From Flectonema sp. DT1601 (lineage: Eukaryota): DNA of 64,000 nt. The DNA lies in assembly GCA_964019425.1 (NCBI GenBank), contig OZ025793.1:124001-188000 (forward strand). Direction: 5' to 3'. Position 1 is the stretch's first letter; each line of letters opens with the position of its first letter. The notes under the pieces were generated by a model. That model had not been told where the DNA came from, did not search any database, and saw nothing but the letters and a program-made list of their open reading frames with translations. Shown here one piece after another: positions 11,845 to 23,975 of the stretch. Made by a program: the position numbers and the translations under genes.

Positions 11845-14494
11845 TCATCAATAATTTACTGGGGAGAGAATAGAATAATATTATTTATTATATCTAAAAA
11901 GTATATCGTAACTTGTTGTAACCACCCTGAGGAGATAAATATAACTTAATACAATTGTTCACTACTACGTATTTACAGAACTACAATAATAGATTTTAGA
12001 TTTATTTTCTTATGACAAAACAATATTAAAAAACTGATCAACATATTGTGAACTACTTCTATTTCTTTAGAAAAGATTCTTAGTTTTTTTTTTTTTTTTT
12101 TTTTTTTTTCCTTTCCTCATTCTGTTTCGCCTGAGGGGGTTCTTAAAGGGTTATTCAGTCTCAGAACAACAGCTCCTGAGTATTTAAATCCAATTTTTTT
12201 TTTTAAAAAACTCCTTTATGTTCCCCCCCCCCCCCCCCGGACTCTCCCTGTTTTTCTCAAGTTAGTTCTCCGACAAACATCACAAACACTTCAAATCAGC
12301 TAATTCAGTTGTTCTAACTATTCAAATCATTTTTCAGAGAGAAATGACAAGACTACTATTTATTATCATCGAGAGAGAGCTTCTGAGGAAGTTGTGTTGT
12401 CGAGTACCTCTTCAACAAGGAGGAGGCTATTAAGAGCTGTTGAAGAACTTCCATTCAATCAGTTAACTACTGGTAGAAGAAGGAGTTCTCGTATTTGGGA
12501 AGGAAGAGATACCAGACTGGCGTCTCGGTCATTGAAGAAACAGAACTTTTCAACTGGCTGGGTATATACACCTCTTTTGGTTAATTTTCTTTGTTGTTGC
12601 AGGTTCACTTCTGCAAATCAGATTACAAAAATTGATAGCAATATGGAAGTAGGGTTCCAGATGCTCTTTACCAAAATAATACCAGACTATTTTTCTTTAT
12701 CTCGGTATCCTTGCCAAGGTTCATTTAACTCAATCCCATTCAGTGAAGGGATGAAAGAAAATTTTAAAAAAAATAATTTGTTTGCATTGTTTGTACGAAA
12801 CCGAAGTCAGGAGTCAAACCTCTCGAGAGAAATTCATGGTTAACAATCACAGATTGCGTTCCCTAATTAGCTATCAGACAATGTGGGGGGAAAAAAAAAA
12901 AAAAATGAAAGAAAGAAAGAAACCAAACTTCCCTCCGAGAGAACGATTCCTCATTAAGTACACCGCTTCTGTTGATAGGCTAAAATATAAATTATATTTA
13001 TATTAAAGTGCACAACCTATAGAAGTGATATTACATTACAGTACTTCGAGTACCAATCCAAGGGGTGCTGATTTTTTTTCTTATTTTATTTATTTTCTCG
13101 TTTTAAGTGTTTTTTGTTAATCACATTATGTTGTTTAGGAGAACTGAACATCTACAGATCTCTCTCCCTCTTTTTCTTTTTTTTTTTTTTTTTTTCGATT
13201 CAGTTTTCCTCCAGCTGGAAAAAAAAAAAAAAAAAAATTATAATGCGCTGAGGGTGTTATTCCTCTGCTTGTATCATTTGTTTTTTTTTTTTTTTTTTTT
13301 TTCCTGTTTTTTTTCCTTTTCCCCTCATGCCTCGTTAAATACAACAGGTTTCCGAAGATTTGTAATTTACATATCTGTAACTTCTTCATTCATGTATCAC
13401 AATATATAAATTACCGTATTAATTGCAGTAAAAGAAAAGATTCGTATCATCTCTCATGAATTGCTTGTGTTTTAATGCATTCAATAGGACTCCCTTGAGA
13501 ATCTTTACTGCTTCTTATCCCTGAGCTTTACGAAAGGCACTAAAAGAAACAAGAGGAAAAAAAGAATAAAATGTAATGCTGGACTATCGAAGGTGACAAA
13601 AAGACCCCGCGTGACCAAAAAAAAAAAAAAAAATAAATAATAATTACTAACTGATAATTCTCTCTTTTTTTTTTCTCGCACACAAAAAAAAAAAAAAAAA
13701 AAAAGCAAAGAGACAATTCAGTAACAAAACAAAAGAAAAAACAGAGGCTAACGGACGAACTTGGGTCCACAAACAAGACAAAACCACGCAGAAGGCAGAA
13801 CAACAGGACGTAAAACAAACTGAAACTATCCAGAAATAATAATTGAGTCTGACTGAGTGAAAAATGAGACGGGAAATAAAGATCACGAACGAGGACTATC
13901 CTACAATTCTGCCTTTAGTGCGATGGTGACTGGAGAGTAGTTTTCGTGGAAATAGATTACTGCGAGAAGGAAAACACGCGAGCTTTTTTCCGCCCACAAG
14001 TATTACCTTCAATATCGACAGTAATTGGTGTATCTCCACAATGAATATCTGCAAGATTTTTTTTTTTTTTTTCAATTCAAAAATAAACTAATTTTATCAC
14101 GCACAAAGCTTACAAGTACAACAACGAACTGATTTCGTCGTTTTTTTTTACTAGTTATTCTTTTTTTTTTTTTTTTTTTTTTTCTTCTGCTAAATTGAGT
14201 TCAAAGAGTAGCGTATAACCATACCATAAAATATGATCAGTTATTGCATGTTCTATTTTATTGTGCAACAACAGGCCGGGGAGAGGACACAGGAATTCTG
14301 TTAGTCAGACCAAACAAACATAACTCAAATAACAACTTGTACTGCAAAAGAAAGGCTTCATTGTTGTTGTTGTTTTTTTCTGGCTTTTTTTTTTTTTTTT
14401 TTTTTTCACTACACGTCTTTAAGTGTTTCTGAGATGCTTTGCAGTACCATCACAGAATTGCAAGAAAACTAAACTCGTACTGGTCTTTCCTTGG

Positions 14495-17400
14495 CTACGA
14501 ATTCGGAACATGAGTTCTATGTGTGTTTGACTTACGAGACTTATTAGGTGGTGACATCAACTGTCTCGTAAATGTGAATGACGATGTTCTACTTTTCATC
14601 CCTCCTGAGTTGGGAACGCTGTCAATTCTTGAAAACCTGTCAGGTGAGCGCGAGAAACCCGAAGCTGGAGATCTATTCCTTGGATGTTGATGAGTCATAC
14701 TATTAAAACGTGATGAGTTATTACTACTTCCTCGTGTGTCAGTTGGAGGTGGTGAATGTGTTCTTCTTTTGATATGATTAGGAAGTGATAATAAAAGGTT
14801 CTCAATCTCACGAGGAATGACTCCTTTTACTTCACAAGATTGATTTCCAGATGACGACTTCACTATTTTGGGAGGCGGAGAATTCTTCCTCTCACGAGAT
14901 TGACTTCTCAAAGGAGACTTGACTCTACGAGTTGGACTACTGACCTTCACTACTTCGCCTTCATAAGTTTGACTCCTCGCTGGGGGTTTCGCGGGAGGAC
15001 TACTTTCCGAGTTTATTCTTTTTAAAAACAACTCACCAGGTGAACTCTTAGTTCTCAAAGGTGACTTCTTCCCGGTACTAACAATACCATACACTCCATC
15101 AGATAGTTGTCTTCGAAGTGCTAATTCACCTGCAACAGGAGACCTCGGCTTCCCTGCAAGAGGTGACTTCGGCTTCTTACGAGTTGGACTGCTAACCTTC
15201 ATTTCAGGTGTTTCAGATCTCTGAGTGGGGGACTTTCGTCCTAGAGACTTGGAAGGTGGTGCAGTGCTTTCCTTTTTATTGATAGCAGAAGGGACGATGA
15301 CTGGTTCCTTAGGAGTTGGCTGTGGCTGCTGTGGAGGTGGTGCGGTGCTTTCCTTTTTATTGATAGCAGAAGGGACGATGACTGGTTCCTTAGGAGCTGG
15401 CCGTGGCTGCTGTGGTGGAGACTTCGACCTATTAATCTTGGGAGGAGTTGGAGACCTTTTAGAACCTTTTCCTGGAGGTAGTATTGCTGAGTTGAATCGT
15501 GACAATCGTTCTTGGTCTAGAGAACCTCTCCTAGCAGACCTCACAAATGAGTCGTACGTATCGAGTGATGCTCTTCTTTGAGGAGGGTACATCCCATCTG
15601 ATTGGAATGTTTTACTGTTTGAAACGTCAAAAACACTTTTATTTTTTACAATTCCAACACGTGCTGTTAGAGGCGTTTTTATATCCTCTCTGCCTTCTCT
15701 AGGTGGTGATTTAGCACGTCTGGTGACTCGGAGTTTCTTTCCTGACTTCGACCAACGGATCTGTCTGAGTAGGGCTAAAGAAACTTTGAAATCATTTTTC
15801 TTTAAGATTGGAACTTCACTTAATCGACGTCGGTAAGCATTCCTCAGGACTCTATCTGCCCCAGGGTCTGGTTTAGCTCCGGAAGCTGGATCTACCAACA
15901 TGTGCAACAGCTTTGCAATAGCTGAAGCTCTGTTTGGGGAATTCTTTGGAATTTTCGCAATGGCACTGGGGTATCCATTATGTTGCTTTAAGTAGTCTGG
16001 CAGTCCCTGTGCAGAACCACAACTTGCACCAAGACCGAAATATGCGTGTGTCCCTAGAAGCGTTTTTGCGCACTCATCGCAGGTAAGGGCAGCCTCAAGT
16101 AACATGTATGTATCTTTTTCATTGGTACCGCGAGCTGATATTGCTCTGAGAGGATTATCAACTACTTCAGTTGTGTTGACTAAGTGTTGTTGTTTAGCAT
16201 CTGGAGCGGAAAAGGTTTGCGATCTTTGCATTGAGGAATGAGTTTGTTGAGCTAATCGATCGCTAATACCAGCAGTAGTCTTATCATATGATGTTGTTCT
16301 CTCTGGCCACATTCCTGGTGAAGCTCTCCAAAGTTGTTCAGGAACGTCCGGTTTAGTCGTTACTGGTTTGTACTTAGCGACAGAACTACGTGTTGCTGAT
16401 GTGACAGCTTTCGGGTGGTGTTTTATTGGTTTTCCTGTTCCTCTGGTTGGGGCTACTGGCCATCCCCTTGGACCACCACCAAAACGATTTATAATTGGTC
16501 CAGCATAGTCTTGTGAATCAGAGTAACGATAGTCTGTTGATGAAGTTCTTGGAGTCAAACTCTCAATATCTTTAGAAGTCAGATGAGGGATGTCTACTTT
16601 AGTACGCGGAGGTGAATTCGGAGTTGGAGGAATAGTAGCTGCTTGACTAATACTGTCATCATCTTCAATCGCTTCAACAGGTATGGTCGGACAAGTTTCT
16701 AAATATGTTTCTTCAATACTTGGTGGAACAGTTGCTACACCTTCACTATCACCTTCACCATCACCATCACCATCACTGCATACATCACCGTCAATAAGTT
16801 GTATATCAATGGTTGGATTTGCTGCAGGAGATGAAGGTTCTGTTGCAACTCTCCCATCTTCTGATAGTGGTGATGGTGGTTCAGTAGTTGCCATTTCAGT
16901 AACAAAATCATCACTACCAGCAACTAATGTTGACCCTTCAGACGTTGTTTTGGTAACTTGACGAAGTAAATCAATACCTGAATGTCTCTTCTCAACTATA
17001 ATTGAATCCAGTCGTTTAACGTCTGGTACATGAGGTAATTCCTTACTTGTAAGGCGACGGAATAAAGGAACTTCTGGTGGTGGTAGTCCTCCAAAGCTTC
17101 CCAAACTGCCATTTCCTAACTTACTAACATAATCCTCACTAGATAACTGTCTTGCGTATTGTTCTTGTGGTGAAGACTCGGGAGTCGTTTTCATTATCGA
17201 TGCGAGGAGTTGCCAACTTCCTCTGAAACGTCCTTCAATTCCGAGTGGCATTGTATCAGAACGAGATAATTCATTTAAAAAGTCATCACTGCCAGCAGTC
17301 ATTCTTCTTAAGAACTTTCTTCTATAACGAGGACTTAGTGATGCACATGATGTCGGAGTGCCGACTTTCACTATTGAATTAACTTTTACAATACCACTTT

Positions 17401-18418
17401 CTTCAGAGAATATTGAATCATTGTCAGATGCCGCGCCATTACCCCATCCTATTGGAATGGTTTCCTTTCTCTCTAAGTCGAATACGGTGTAGTCATGTTC
17501 TATAAGAGGAGAGACAGGTTCTGGATTTTCTAATTGTGATATAGACTCGAAGTTCTCCATCATTTCTTCATTATTAAATATAACTTCTGGAATCGGTTGA
17601 TTCGACTCTTTTCGAAGAGCGACAGCTGCTGCGGATCCAACTTTGTTATATTTCGTCATCGTCGTATTCAATGAAACGAGTCCTGATAAGAATGCGTCTA
17701 CTTCAGCATCAATTATTGGACATGTTTCTTTTGTCATTAGTGATGTGTTTGAATTTTTAATCGCGGCATGAATTTGAGCTTCTTCCTCAGGTTTGAAACC
17801 GTTTCCTTGAAGAAGAACTCGTTCTATGTTTTTATTACATTCGATACCAGTTATGATTGATTCAAGACCGTATTCACGAGTAACAGCATCATCCCCACAG
17901 AGGATACCACAGCATCTAGCGTCAATTGTTATAAGAGTTGTTCCATACTTTAATAGTAGTCCTAAACCGAATGACGTGATGGGATTATATCTCACAGACA
18001 ATACTCTCAAAGTACATACGGATGAGTCAATTGTTCTCGCAATACGATTGATACCGAGTAAACCAATAGTGTTGTAGGTCAGGTCAAGCCATTCAACCTT
18101 TCCAAGTTTTATTGAACGACAAAGTTCATCTGTTGCTCTGTCTCCTATTCGACAAAATGATAAGTCGAGTTGAACTAATTGTCGAGAAACAGCAATCTGA
18201 GAAAGAGCATCAACAGCTTCCTTCTCAAGAATAAATCCCTGGAGACTAACGTCATTAATATTTGGTCTCGTCGCGAGTGCTTTTCCCAATCTCTGAATGT
18301 GCGGAGCCCCAAGCGGCTCACGTTCCAACGTCCAATCACATTTCACAGCTATTCGTTTGCGGTCACTTGGAATCGCTAATTTATCCAACGCTGTTAACAA
18401 CTCCGGCACATCAGACAT
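14495..18418 (-). CDS. RNI-like leucine-rich repeat protein with long disordered Ser/Pro-rich C-terminus
   Basis: LRRs LVQLDLSFCRIGD, VEWLDLTYNTIG, LRVLSVRYNPIT and IERVLLQGNGF in a 1307-aa ORF; many RSP/KSP motifs in the tail. Confidence 0.85.
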   Translation of the reverse strand: MSDVPELLTALDKLAIPSDRKRIAVKCDWTLEREPLGAPHIQRLGKALATRPNINDVSLQGFILEKEAVDALSQIAVSRQLVQLDLSFCRIGDRATDELCRSIKLGKVEWLDLTYNTIGLLGINRIARTIDSSVCTLRVLSVRYNPITSFGLGLLLKYGTTLITIDARCCGILCGDDAVTREYGLESIITGIECNKNIERVLLQGNGFKPEEEAQIHAAIKNSNTSLMTKETCPIIDAEVDAFLSGLVSLNTTMTKYNKVGSAAAVALRKESNQPIPEVIFNNEEMMENFESISQLENPEPVSPLIEHDYTVFDLERKETIPIGWGNGAASDNDSIFSEESGIVKVNSIVKVGTPTSCASLSPRYRRKFLRRMTAGSDDFLNELSRSDTMPLGIEGRFRGSWQLLASIMKTTPESSPQEQYARQLSSEDYVSKLGNGSLGSFGGLPPPEVPLFRRLTSKELPHVPDVKRLDSIIVEKRHSGIDLLRQVTKTTSEGSTLVAGSDDFVTEMATTEPPSPLSEDGRVATEPSSPAANPTIDIQLIDGDVCSDGDGDGEGDSEGVATVPPSIEETYLETCPTIPVEAIEDDDSISQAATIPPTPNSPPRTKVDIPHLTSKDIESLTPRTSSTDYRYSDSQDYAGPIINRFGGGPRGWPVAPTRGTGKPIKHHPKAVTSATRSSVAKYKPVTTKPDVPEQLWRASPGMWPERTTSYDKTTAGISDRLAQQTHSSMQRSQTFSAPDAKQQHLVNTTEVVDNPLRAISARGTNEKDTYMLLEAALTCDECAKTLLGTHAYFGLGASCGSAQGLPDYLKQHNGYPSAIAKIPKNSPNRASAIAKLLHMLVDPASGAKPDPGADRVLRNAYRRRLSEVPILKKNDFKVSLALLRQIRWSKSGKKLRVTRRAKSPPREGREDIKTPLTARVGIVKNKSVFDVSNSKTFQSDGMYPPQRRASLDTYDSFVRSARRGSLDQERLSRFNSAILPPGKGSKRSPTPPKINRSKSPPQQPRPAPKEPVIVPSAINKKESTAPPPQQPQPTPKEPVIVPSAINKKESTAPPSKSLGRKSPTQRSETPEMKVSSPTRKKPKSPLAGKPRSPVAGELALRRQLSDGVYGIVSTGKKSPLRTKSSPGELFLKRINSESSPPAKPPARSQTYEGEVVKVSSPTRRVKSPLRSQSRERKNSPPPKIVKSSSGNQSCEVKGVIPREIENLLLSLPNHIKRRTHSPPPTDTRGSSNNSSRFNSMTHQHPRNRSPASGFSRSPDRFSRIDSVPNSGGMKSRTSSFTFTRQLMSPPNKSRKSNTHRTHVPNS
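15255..15418 (-). repeat. Intragenic tandem duplication (~81 nt x2) in the LRR protein
   Basis: Peptide PPQQP(R/Q)P(A/T)PKEPVIVPSAINKKESTAPP occurs twice with near-identical DNA. Confidence 0.85.
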
Positions 18419-18833
18419 CCTACCAGGAAACCAGTTGTTTGAGAATTGGTTTTGGTCGTACTTCCCACTTTGTTATATTTTATTATTTCTTCAGTTTGTG
18501 ATAACCTAATTATGATAACAACCACATTCAGATTATATTTATGGAGGTCCTGTGAGGTAGTAATAACTTAGTTAGTATAAAGACTCATAAAGATCTCGTA
18601 TGGTGATGACCATGTGAGGTAAACAAGACACAACCGTTGGTAACATATCAGTGTGCTGTGTGAAATACAATAATAATAATTCTTATTGTTGTAGCTGAAA
18701 TTTTTGGAAAAGTACAAAACTGACCGAATGTAACACAACGTGTTCTTTCATAATTTAAAACAGGTAAGGCAAGGAAAACGACATTATTCCAATCATTTAG
18801 TAAATGGAGACGAAGTGAAAGTTATGTTGAGAT

Positions 18834-21800
18834 TCAAAGAGAATAAAACGGAACAGCATTCCACAGAGTCTTCGAGTCACTCCCAGCCTTCCTCCCAACT
18901 TTCAAAGCTGCTTTGTCCTCATCACCCCTATCCTCACCTCTCGGTGAGTGCATTCCAAGACGAGTGTCAAAGTTTATTTTTCTCCAAACTTGATTATCTA
19001 CATACATTTTCTTACGGCGACCCTTTCCATAATTATCAAGAACTAGAATAAGAACAGTGTACGTTATAACATACACATAAAGATATCGAGGAAGGCTGAG
19101 ATTACGAGGCGAAGGTGAAAATTGACTCAAAGCCAAACAAGAGAATCCAAACTGTAAACAAATACAAAGAAAGACGTGAAGTAAACAAGTTGGGAATTCT
19201 AACGGATTGTAGTGATCTGATCCTATCTTTCGTCGGCATTGAGCGAACTGAAGACTTGTCTTTCCAGAGTCATCTTTCACTAACTGAAATACTTTGATAC
19301 CCAAATGCCTACTAAGAGAACCAACTCCATGCATTCCAAAGAACAACGTTGCTGCACACATCGTAACATGTCTACTGTATTGTAAGTCTTGCTCAAATGA
19401 TGATCTCCTTAAAACATTTGCTGAAGGAGGTAACAAATCAACGATGTTCTCTCCAGTAGTATATATCAAAGTCCATACAAATACTCCTCCGATAGCCAAT
19501 GACGTCAGTAGGTATCTTATAAACCAAAGACTCACGAGATGTTTAAACACAGCCCAGTGTTCATCCATTGCATTCTTATTTGGATGAATCTTCATAACTC
19601 TCACACACAACAGAGATTCAAAAGGTTCATAAACAGCAAATGACAATACCGGAATTAATAAAAACAATTGCCACACCAACTGTGTTATTGTCAGAATCTC
19701 TGGAAGCATTGCGAGACTGCAAATGAAGAAACAAAGTCCCCAACAAAGAGACCAAGATATCACTGCTTCAGTCACATTTAAGGCACAATGAAGTTGTAGT
19801 CTTGCTTGCTTAATAAGTGCCAGTATAAAATATAACGGATACTCAGTCGGTGTCATGGATATCGCTGTTGGTAGCCCTACTAAGGATCCAAGACTCATTA
19901 AGTTTTGAAGAGAACTGAGAAAATTTGTTGAAACTTTTTCTAAATATGCACCCTGTGGGAGTTCCTTACCAATTGGACATCCAGGAAGACCAAACAGAGT
20001 CAGTCTACTTGCCGTGAGTGATCTATTCTCATGCATTGTTTTTGTATTACACGTCGGCATTAAAGATATGGATAAGTCAGCTTGTTGAAATCCAAGAGAG
20101 TTCGTGTGATTTAAACAACTTCCAACACAAGCAACCACTTCATCATATTGTTGAAGAAGTGATATCATGTGTTTAGTTGCTGTAGGAGATGCATCACAGA
20201 ATAGTGGAACTAGTAGAGGAACATTATCGGTTGTTGAGAGATGAGTTTCTATAGCGTTGATTCCAACTGGTAGTCTGGCTTTCACATTCTTCCAATCTGT
20301 TGCTGCATCGTCTCTCAATGAAATACAACAATTCCAGTCATTACCCGTGTTGCACAGTCCAAGCTTCTCACCAAATGCTTTTGTCATTCTCTCATTGCCT
20401 TTGTTAAAATGAATAAATCGAATCCCAGCTTTCTGAAAAGCTTCTATTGTTTCTTGAACCATATTCTTGGGTTGTGTTCTTGAACCAACCATTCCAAGGA
20501 ATATTTGTTTCTTTTGTAGACGTTGATAAATAATATCTGGAGGGAGTCCCCTAAGAGGATCACTCGACTGAGTGTTTTCTTCACCCTGAGAGTGTTCATC
20601 AGATGATGTGTCTCCTCTACTCTGATCAGCTACTTCAAGAATATGAACAGCTTCACCACTACTATCCTCTTGAATAAAAGCCTGATAATGATCTGGAAGA
20701 GGTCGGTATGCGAATGCCACAGTAACTAAATCACGTTGTCTACGCCACTCGTTTGATCTGTACATGAGTTCTTTTCTATCAGTTTCTTCAAGTGGCAGTA
20801 CTTCTTCTCCATTCCAATAGTCAGAAGTGTATTCCAATAAGAATTGTGGAGCTCCAATCGATAACAGCTGCCATTGACCATCAGGATCAACAACTACCAA
20901 TGAAGCCATCTGTTGTCTGCTATCTAGAGTTGAGTCGTTGTTTGCTTTGTCAATGTCAAATACGTTTTCGGTTTTATTTTCCTTCCTGCGTTTCTTTTTC
21001 TCCATCGGTCTCCAGGTATGAATTCTTTTCTTCAACTTAAAACCTGATGCCGTCAACATTGATTCAGAAAATCCAATCTCTTTTCCTAAAAAGTACAAAT
21101 GCTTACCCCATAAAATCGTATCATCGAAGTGCAACTGTTCTCTCATGTGAGACGACGTATGTTGGTATCGCTTTCGTCTTGTGTGAGATCTATTTGTTTG
21201 AGGCTGTTGAACACCTGCTACCTCCTCTTCTAAATATTGCAAACAATGTAGTGCTGCAGTGAGTCCAAGTGGCTTTAGTTTAGCGAGATGCTTCTTCCAG
21301 TCTGGGTCGGCAAATTGAAATAAATTTTCAGCTGAGGAATCAGGACACAACTCCAGAGTTAAGAAAGCCATTTTGTGATATAGTTTACGAGCATAACTAG
21401 TTTTTTGACGTTGGTGGTGGTGCATCTGTTGTTCAATAAAAGAATCATCCGAATCGTCTTCTCTAGAACGTCGTAGTATTGGGAGGAGCATACTTTGCTT
21501 TCGGAGAGAGTCGACCATTTCTTCATCTTCGTACTTCTCATTTTCTTTTCTTTTCATGACGAGTACCTTTTCTGGTAGCGGTACGACCTCAGAGAGGATA
21601 CCATCTTTATCAACACAAGTTAGAACAGTTAGAGATCCTAATACTTGACAAGCATTCTTACTGTGAACTAAATCATAACTACCTCCCCACCACTCTTTAG
21701 GCATTGATGCAGTTCTGTTTGTTATGATGTGAAATAGATGTCTAAATATCATCTTTCTATCAATTGAAGGATGACTCAACGCTTCTAATGACATTCCTGA

Positions 21801-23975
21801 CTCATCTTGACTTGCTGGTGGTGGTTCCTTTCCTGATAAGTTGGGTGCGTAACGTCCGAATAATAATTCACCGACACCCGTTTCTCCGAATATGTCTCCA
21901 GCTGCTTCGTCTCCTTCGCTTTGCTCTTCACTTTCAGAGCAGGTAAAAGAGGAATCTGTGCTGCTTCTTCCACCGCTGTAGTTCTCTCGAAACTTTCGTT
22001 GTCTGTCTGAATGTCTACTTTGAGCAACATGAAGAGAAGTATCTTGGATTTCAATCATTGATCTCAAACAGGCGTTCGCATAACAGTCTAACAGTCGGAG
22101 TACAAATAGAGCTCCGATTGGCAACACCCCAAGAGCTGTACCGACTGCTGGAGATACGAATATGTAATACCAAGAAACACTATCCATAAGACCAAGTGAA
22201 TACCTAACACCGTTAACTATTGACATTATTGTAATTAGAATGAAGGCAAGGTACGCCATGCAACGTTGAGTCAGGAACATGAGTAGTTGTGTTGGTGTTT
22301 TTGGAGCTTCCTTACACTCATAACTAGTAGGCTCAGGTACTTCTGAGTCATCGAGCGAGGATCCTTGAGAGGATCGACAAGCTTCACTCCCACTGTGAAT
22401 ACTACTGTGAAGTGCGTCGTTCTCTGATTCCATTCTAATGTGTCTTCGATGGCCATCGTGTCGGTAGTCATCTCGAGGACTTAAAAAAGGACTCGGATGA
22501 TCATCAATACAACTACTTGGAGCTGGAGAGACGCAAGGAGTTCCCATAAATGGCGATGCCAACACTCTAGTCATTGGTGATCTTAATGAGGGTGGTGGTG
22601 TTTGAACCATTGGACCTCCCATGTGATTTAATCTATTACCTGATTGTGTTGTTGTTGCTGGAATACCATTATTAAAATTATAACTTCCATTGACTTGTCC
22701 TTCAGGGATTTCAAACCCTTTCGGAGGAGGGATTTCTTTCATGCCTGGCTTCTTAAATACGCTGAGTAACGCAGAGGCTAGTAAGTCTTCACCAAAAACT
22801 AAAAATCTCATTTTTCCGGTGTCCATTGCGACATCATACACAGGAGACTCGTCTTGACGAGCGACAGTCATCGCAGCAGGGAGTGAATGCCATCTCCATG
22901 AGACGTGAGAAACAGAAACATTTCTAAGAGAGATATTACCTTGATTACCTGTAGCAGCTATTTCTATATAACCACAACCACTATCTGATGACTGAGATCG
23001 ATGTTTTACTTCTACTTCTATTCTAATTGGCATCCAAGTACCTGGAAGCCATCCCAGTTCGTTCCCAGGTCGTATCTGTCCATGAAGATGTAATTTCCTT
23101 GCTTGAGACTGCACACAACAATCTATTGAAATTGGATAGGTCTCAGGATTATCAAAGTACGCCTCAAACAGTAAAAAGATTTCCTTGAAATGTGCACCCA
23201 TTACAATACTTGACTGTAGTTGACATCTGTTTTTATATCTTCCGATGCCATCGGATACCCACGAAGAAGGTGCTATTGAGTGATTCGCTAGTATTAAACT
23301 TGGTTTTGCTTCCTCAGCATTTCGTAATACAGATATTATTTTACACGAGTCGGCATCCCGTAGTCCGCTTAGACCTCCGAGAGCACCTGAAAAATTGCAA
23401 CCTTTTCGAAGAAGTGCAGTCAGTTTATTAAACACATCGGTAGTGCGTCGAACATACAGAGAGACGTCGAGTATTAAATGAAAAATATAAACCATAATAC
23501 AACAACACAATTCAACTATGTACCAATAACTATTATCACTTTCTGATGCTGCATAAGGATCAGGTGATATAGACATTGCTGAAGTAAGTAACCCAATACC
23601 CAAGAGTAGTAAAAGAGCACTCGGTTGTACGCAGTGGAGGAAGATGGCTCTCCAAAGTGCTTCTCGAGGTTTTAAAATTGCCTCAACTCTTCTGTGAACG
23701 TCTCGTATGGAATGATTTATGTATTCATTGGCGAGTGATGTTTGAATTCCTCGAAGGTTTTCTTCTTTTAATAAATGATTTGGTTCATGTGGTGATGTTA
23801 CTACTGCTTGCATCCAAGTCCGTCTACGTGGTCGTGTTGTTCCACCCACACCAGATGTCAATTCAAGACCACTGATACTATTATTTGGAACACCATAATC
23901 TTCTCTCATGCTATCGCTGCATATTCCTGACATCTCTACATCTGAGTCCGTTAGGTCTCTTGGCATTGCGTCCAT
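18834..23975 (-). CDS. TMEM94: TMEM94-like (ERMA) P-type-ATPase-related multi-pass membrane protein
   Basis: LGSLTVLTCVDKDGILS..PEKV, QIFLGMV, DWNCCISL, ARLPVGI..I..HL...DNVPLLVPLFCD and the C-terminal FDTRLGMHSP are characteristic of TMEM94/KIAA0195. First ATG at 23975. Confidence 0.85.
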   Translation of the reverse strand: MDAMPRDLTDSDVEMSGICSDSMREDYGVPNNSISGLELTSGVGGTTRPRRRTWMQAVVTSPHEPNHLLKEENLRGIQTSLANEYINHSIRDVHRRVEAILKPREALWRAIFLHCVQPSALLLLLGIGLLTSAMSISPDPYAASESDNSYWYIVELCCCIMVYIFHLILDVSLYVRRTTDVFNKLTALLRKGCNFSGALGGLSGLRDADSCKIISVLRNAEEAKPSLILANHSIAPSSWVSDGIGRYKNRCQLQSSIVMGAHFKEIFLLFEAYFDNPETYPISIDCCVQSQARKLHLHGQIRPGNELGWLPGTWMPIRIEVEVKHRSQSSDSGCGYIEIAATGNQGNISLRNVSVSHVSWRWHSLPAAMTVARQDESPVYDVAMDTGKMRFLVFGEDLLASALLSVFKKPGMKEIPPPKGFEIPEGQVNGSYNFNNGIPATTTQSGNRLNHMGGPMVQTPPPSLRSPMTRVLASPFMGTPCVSPAPSSCIDDHPSPFLSPRDDYRHDGHRRHIRMESENDALHSSIHSGSEACRSSQGSSLDDSEVPEPTSYECKEAPKTPTQLLMFLTQRCMAYLAFILITIMSIVNGVRYSLGLMDSVSWYYIFVSPAVGTALGVLPIGALFVLRLLDCYANACLRSMIEIQDTSLHVAQSRHSDRQRKFRENYSGGRSSTDSSFTCSESEEQSEGDEAAGDIFGETGVGELLFGRYAPNLSGKEPPPASQDESGMSLEALSHPSIDRKMIFRHLFHIITNRTASMPKEWWGGSYDLVHSKNACQVLGSLTVLTCVDKDGILSEVVPLPEKVLVMKRKENEKYEDEEMVDSLRKQSMLLPILRRSREDDSDDSFIEQQMHHHQRQKTSYARKLYHKMAFLTLELCPDSSAENLFQFADPDWKKHLAKLKPLGLTAALHCLQYLEEEVAGVQQPQTNRSHTRRKRYQHTSSHMREQLHFDDTILWGKHLYFLGKEIGFSESMLTASGFKLKKRIHTWRPMEKKKRRKENKTENVFDIDKANNDSTLDSRQQMASLVVVDPDGQWQLLSIGAPQFLLEYTSDYWNGEEVLPLEETDRKELMYRSNEWRRQRDLVTVAFAYRPLPDHYQAFIQEDSSGEAVHILEVADQSRGDTSSDEHSQGEENTQSSDPLRGLPPDIIYQRLQKKQIFLGMVGSRTQPKNMVQETIEAFQKAGIRFIHFNKGNERMTKAFGEKLGLCNTGNDWNCCISLRDDAATDWKNVKARLPVGINAIETHLSTTDNVPLLVPLFCDASPTATKHMISLLQQYDEVVACVGSCLNHTNSLGFQQADLSISLMPTCNTKTMHENRSLTASRLTLFGLPGCPIGKELPQGAYLEKVSTNFLSSLQNLMSLGSLVGLPTAISMTPTEYPLYFILALIKQARLQLHCALNVTEAVISWSLCWGLCFFICSLAMLPEILTITQLVWQLFLLIPVLSFAVYEPFESLLCVRVMKIHPNKNAMDEHWAVFKHLVSLWFIRYLLTSLAIGGVFVWTLIYTTGENIVDLLPPSANVLRRSSFEQDLQYSRHVTMCAATLFFGMHGVGSLSRHLGIKVFQLVKDDSGKTSLQFAQCRRKIGSDHYNPLEFPTCLLHVFLCICLQFGFSCLALSQFSPSPRNLSLPRYLYVYVITYTVLILVLDNYGKGRRKKMYVDNQVWRKINFDTRLGMHSPRGEDRGDEDKAALKVGRKAGSDSKTLWNAVPFYSL

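Noticed and set aside
12394..12843. 149-aa plus-strand ORF after a poly-C run; possible decayed gene or transposon
   Set aside because: No recognisable motif in any frame, non-ATG start, and opposite to the cluster strand.
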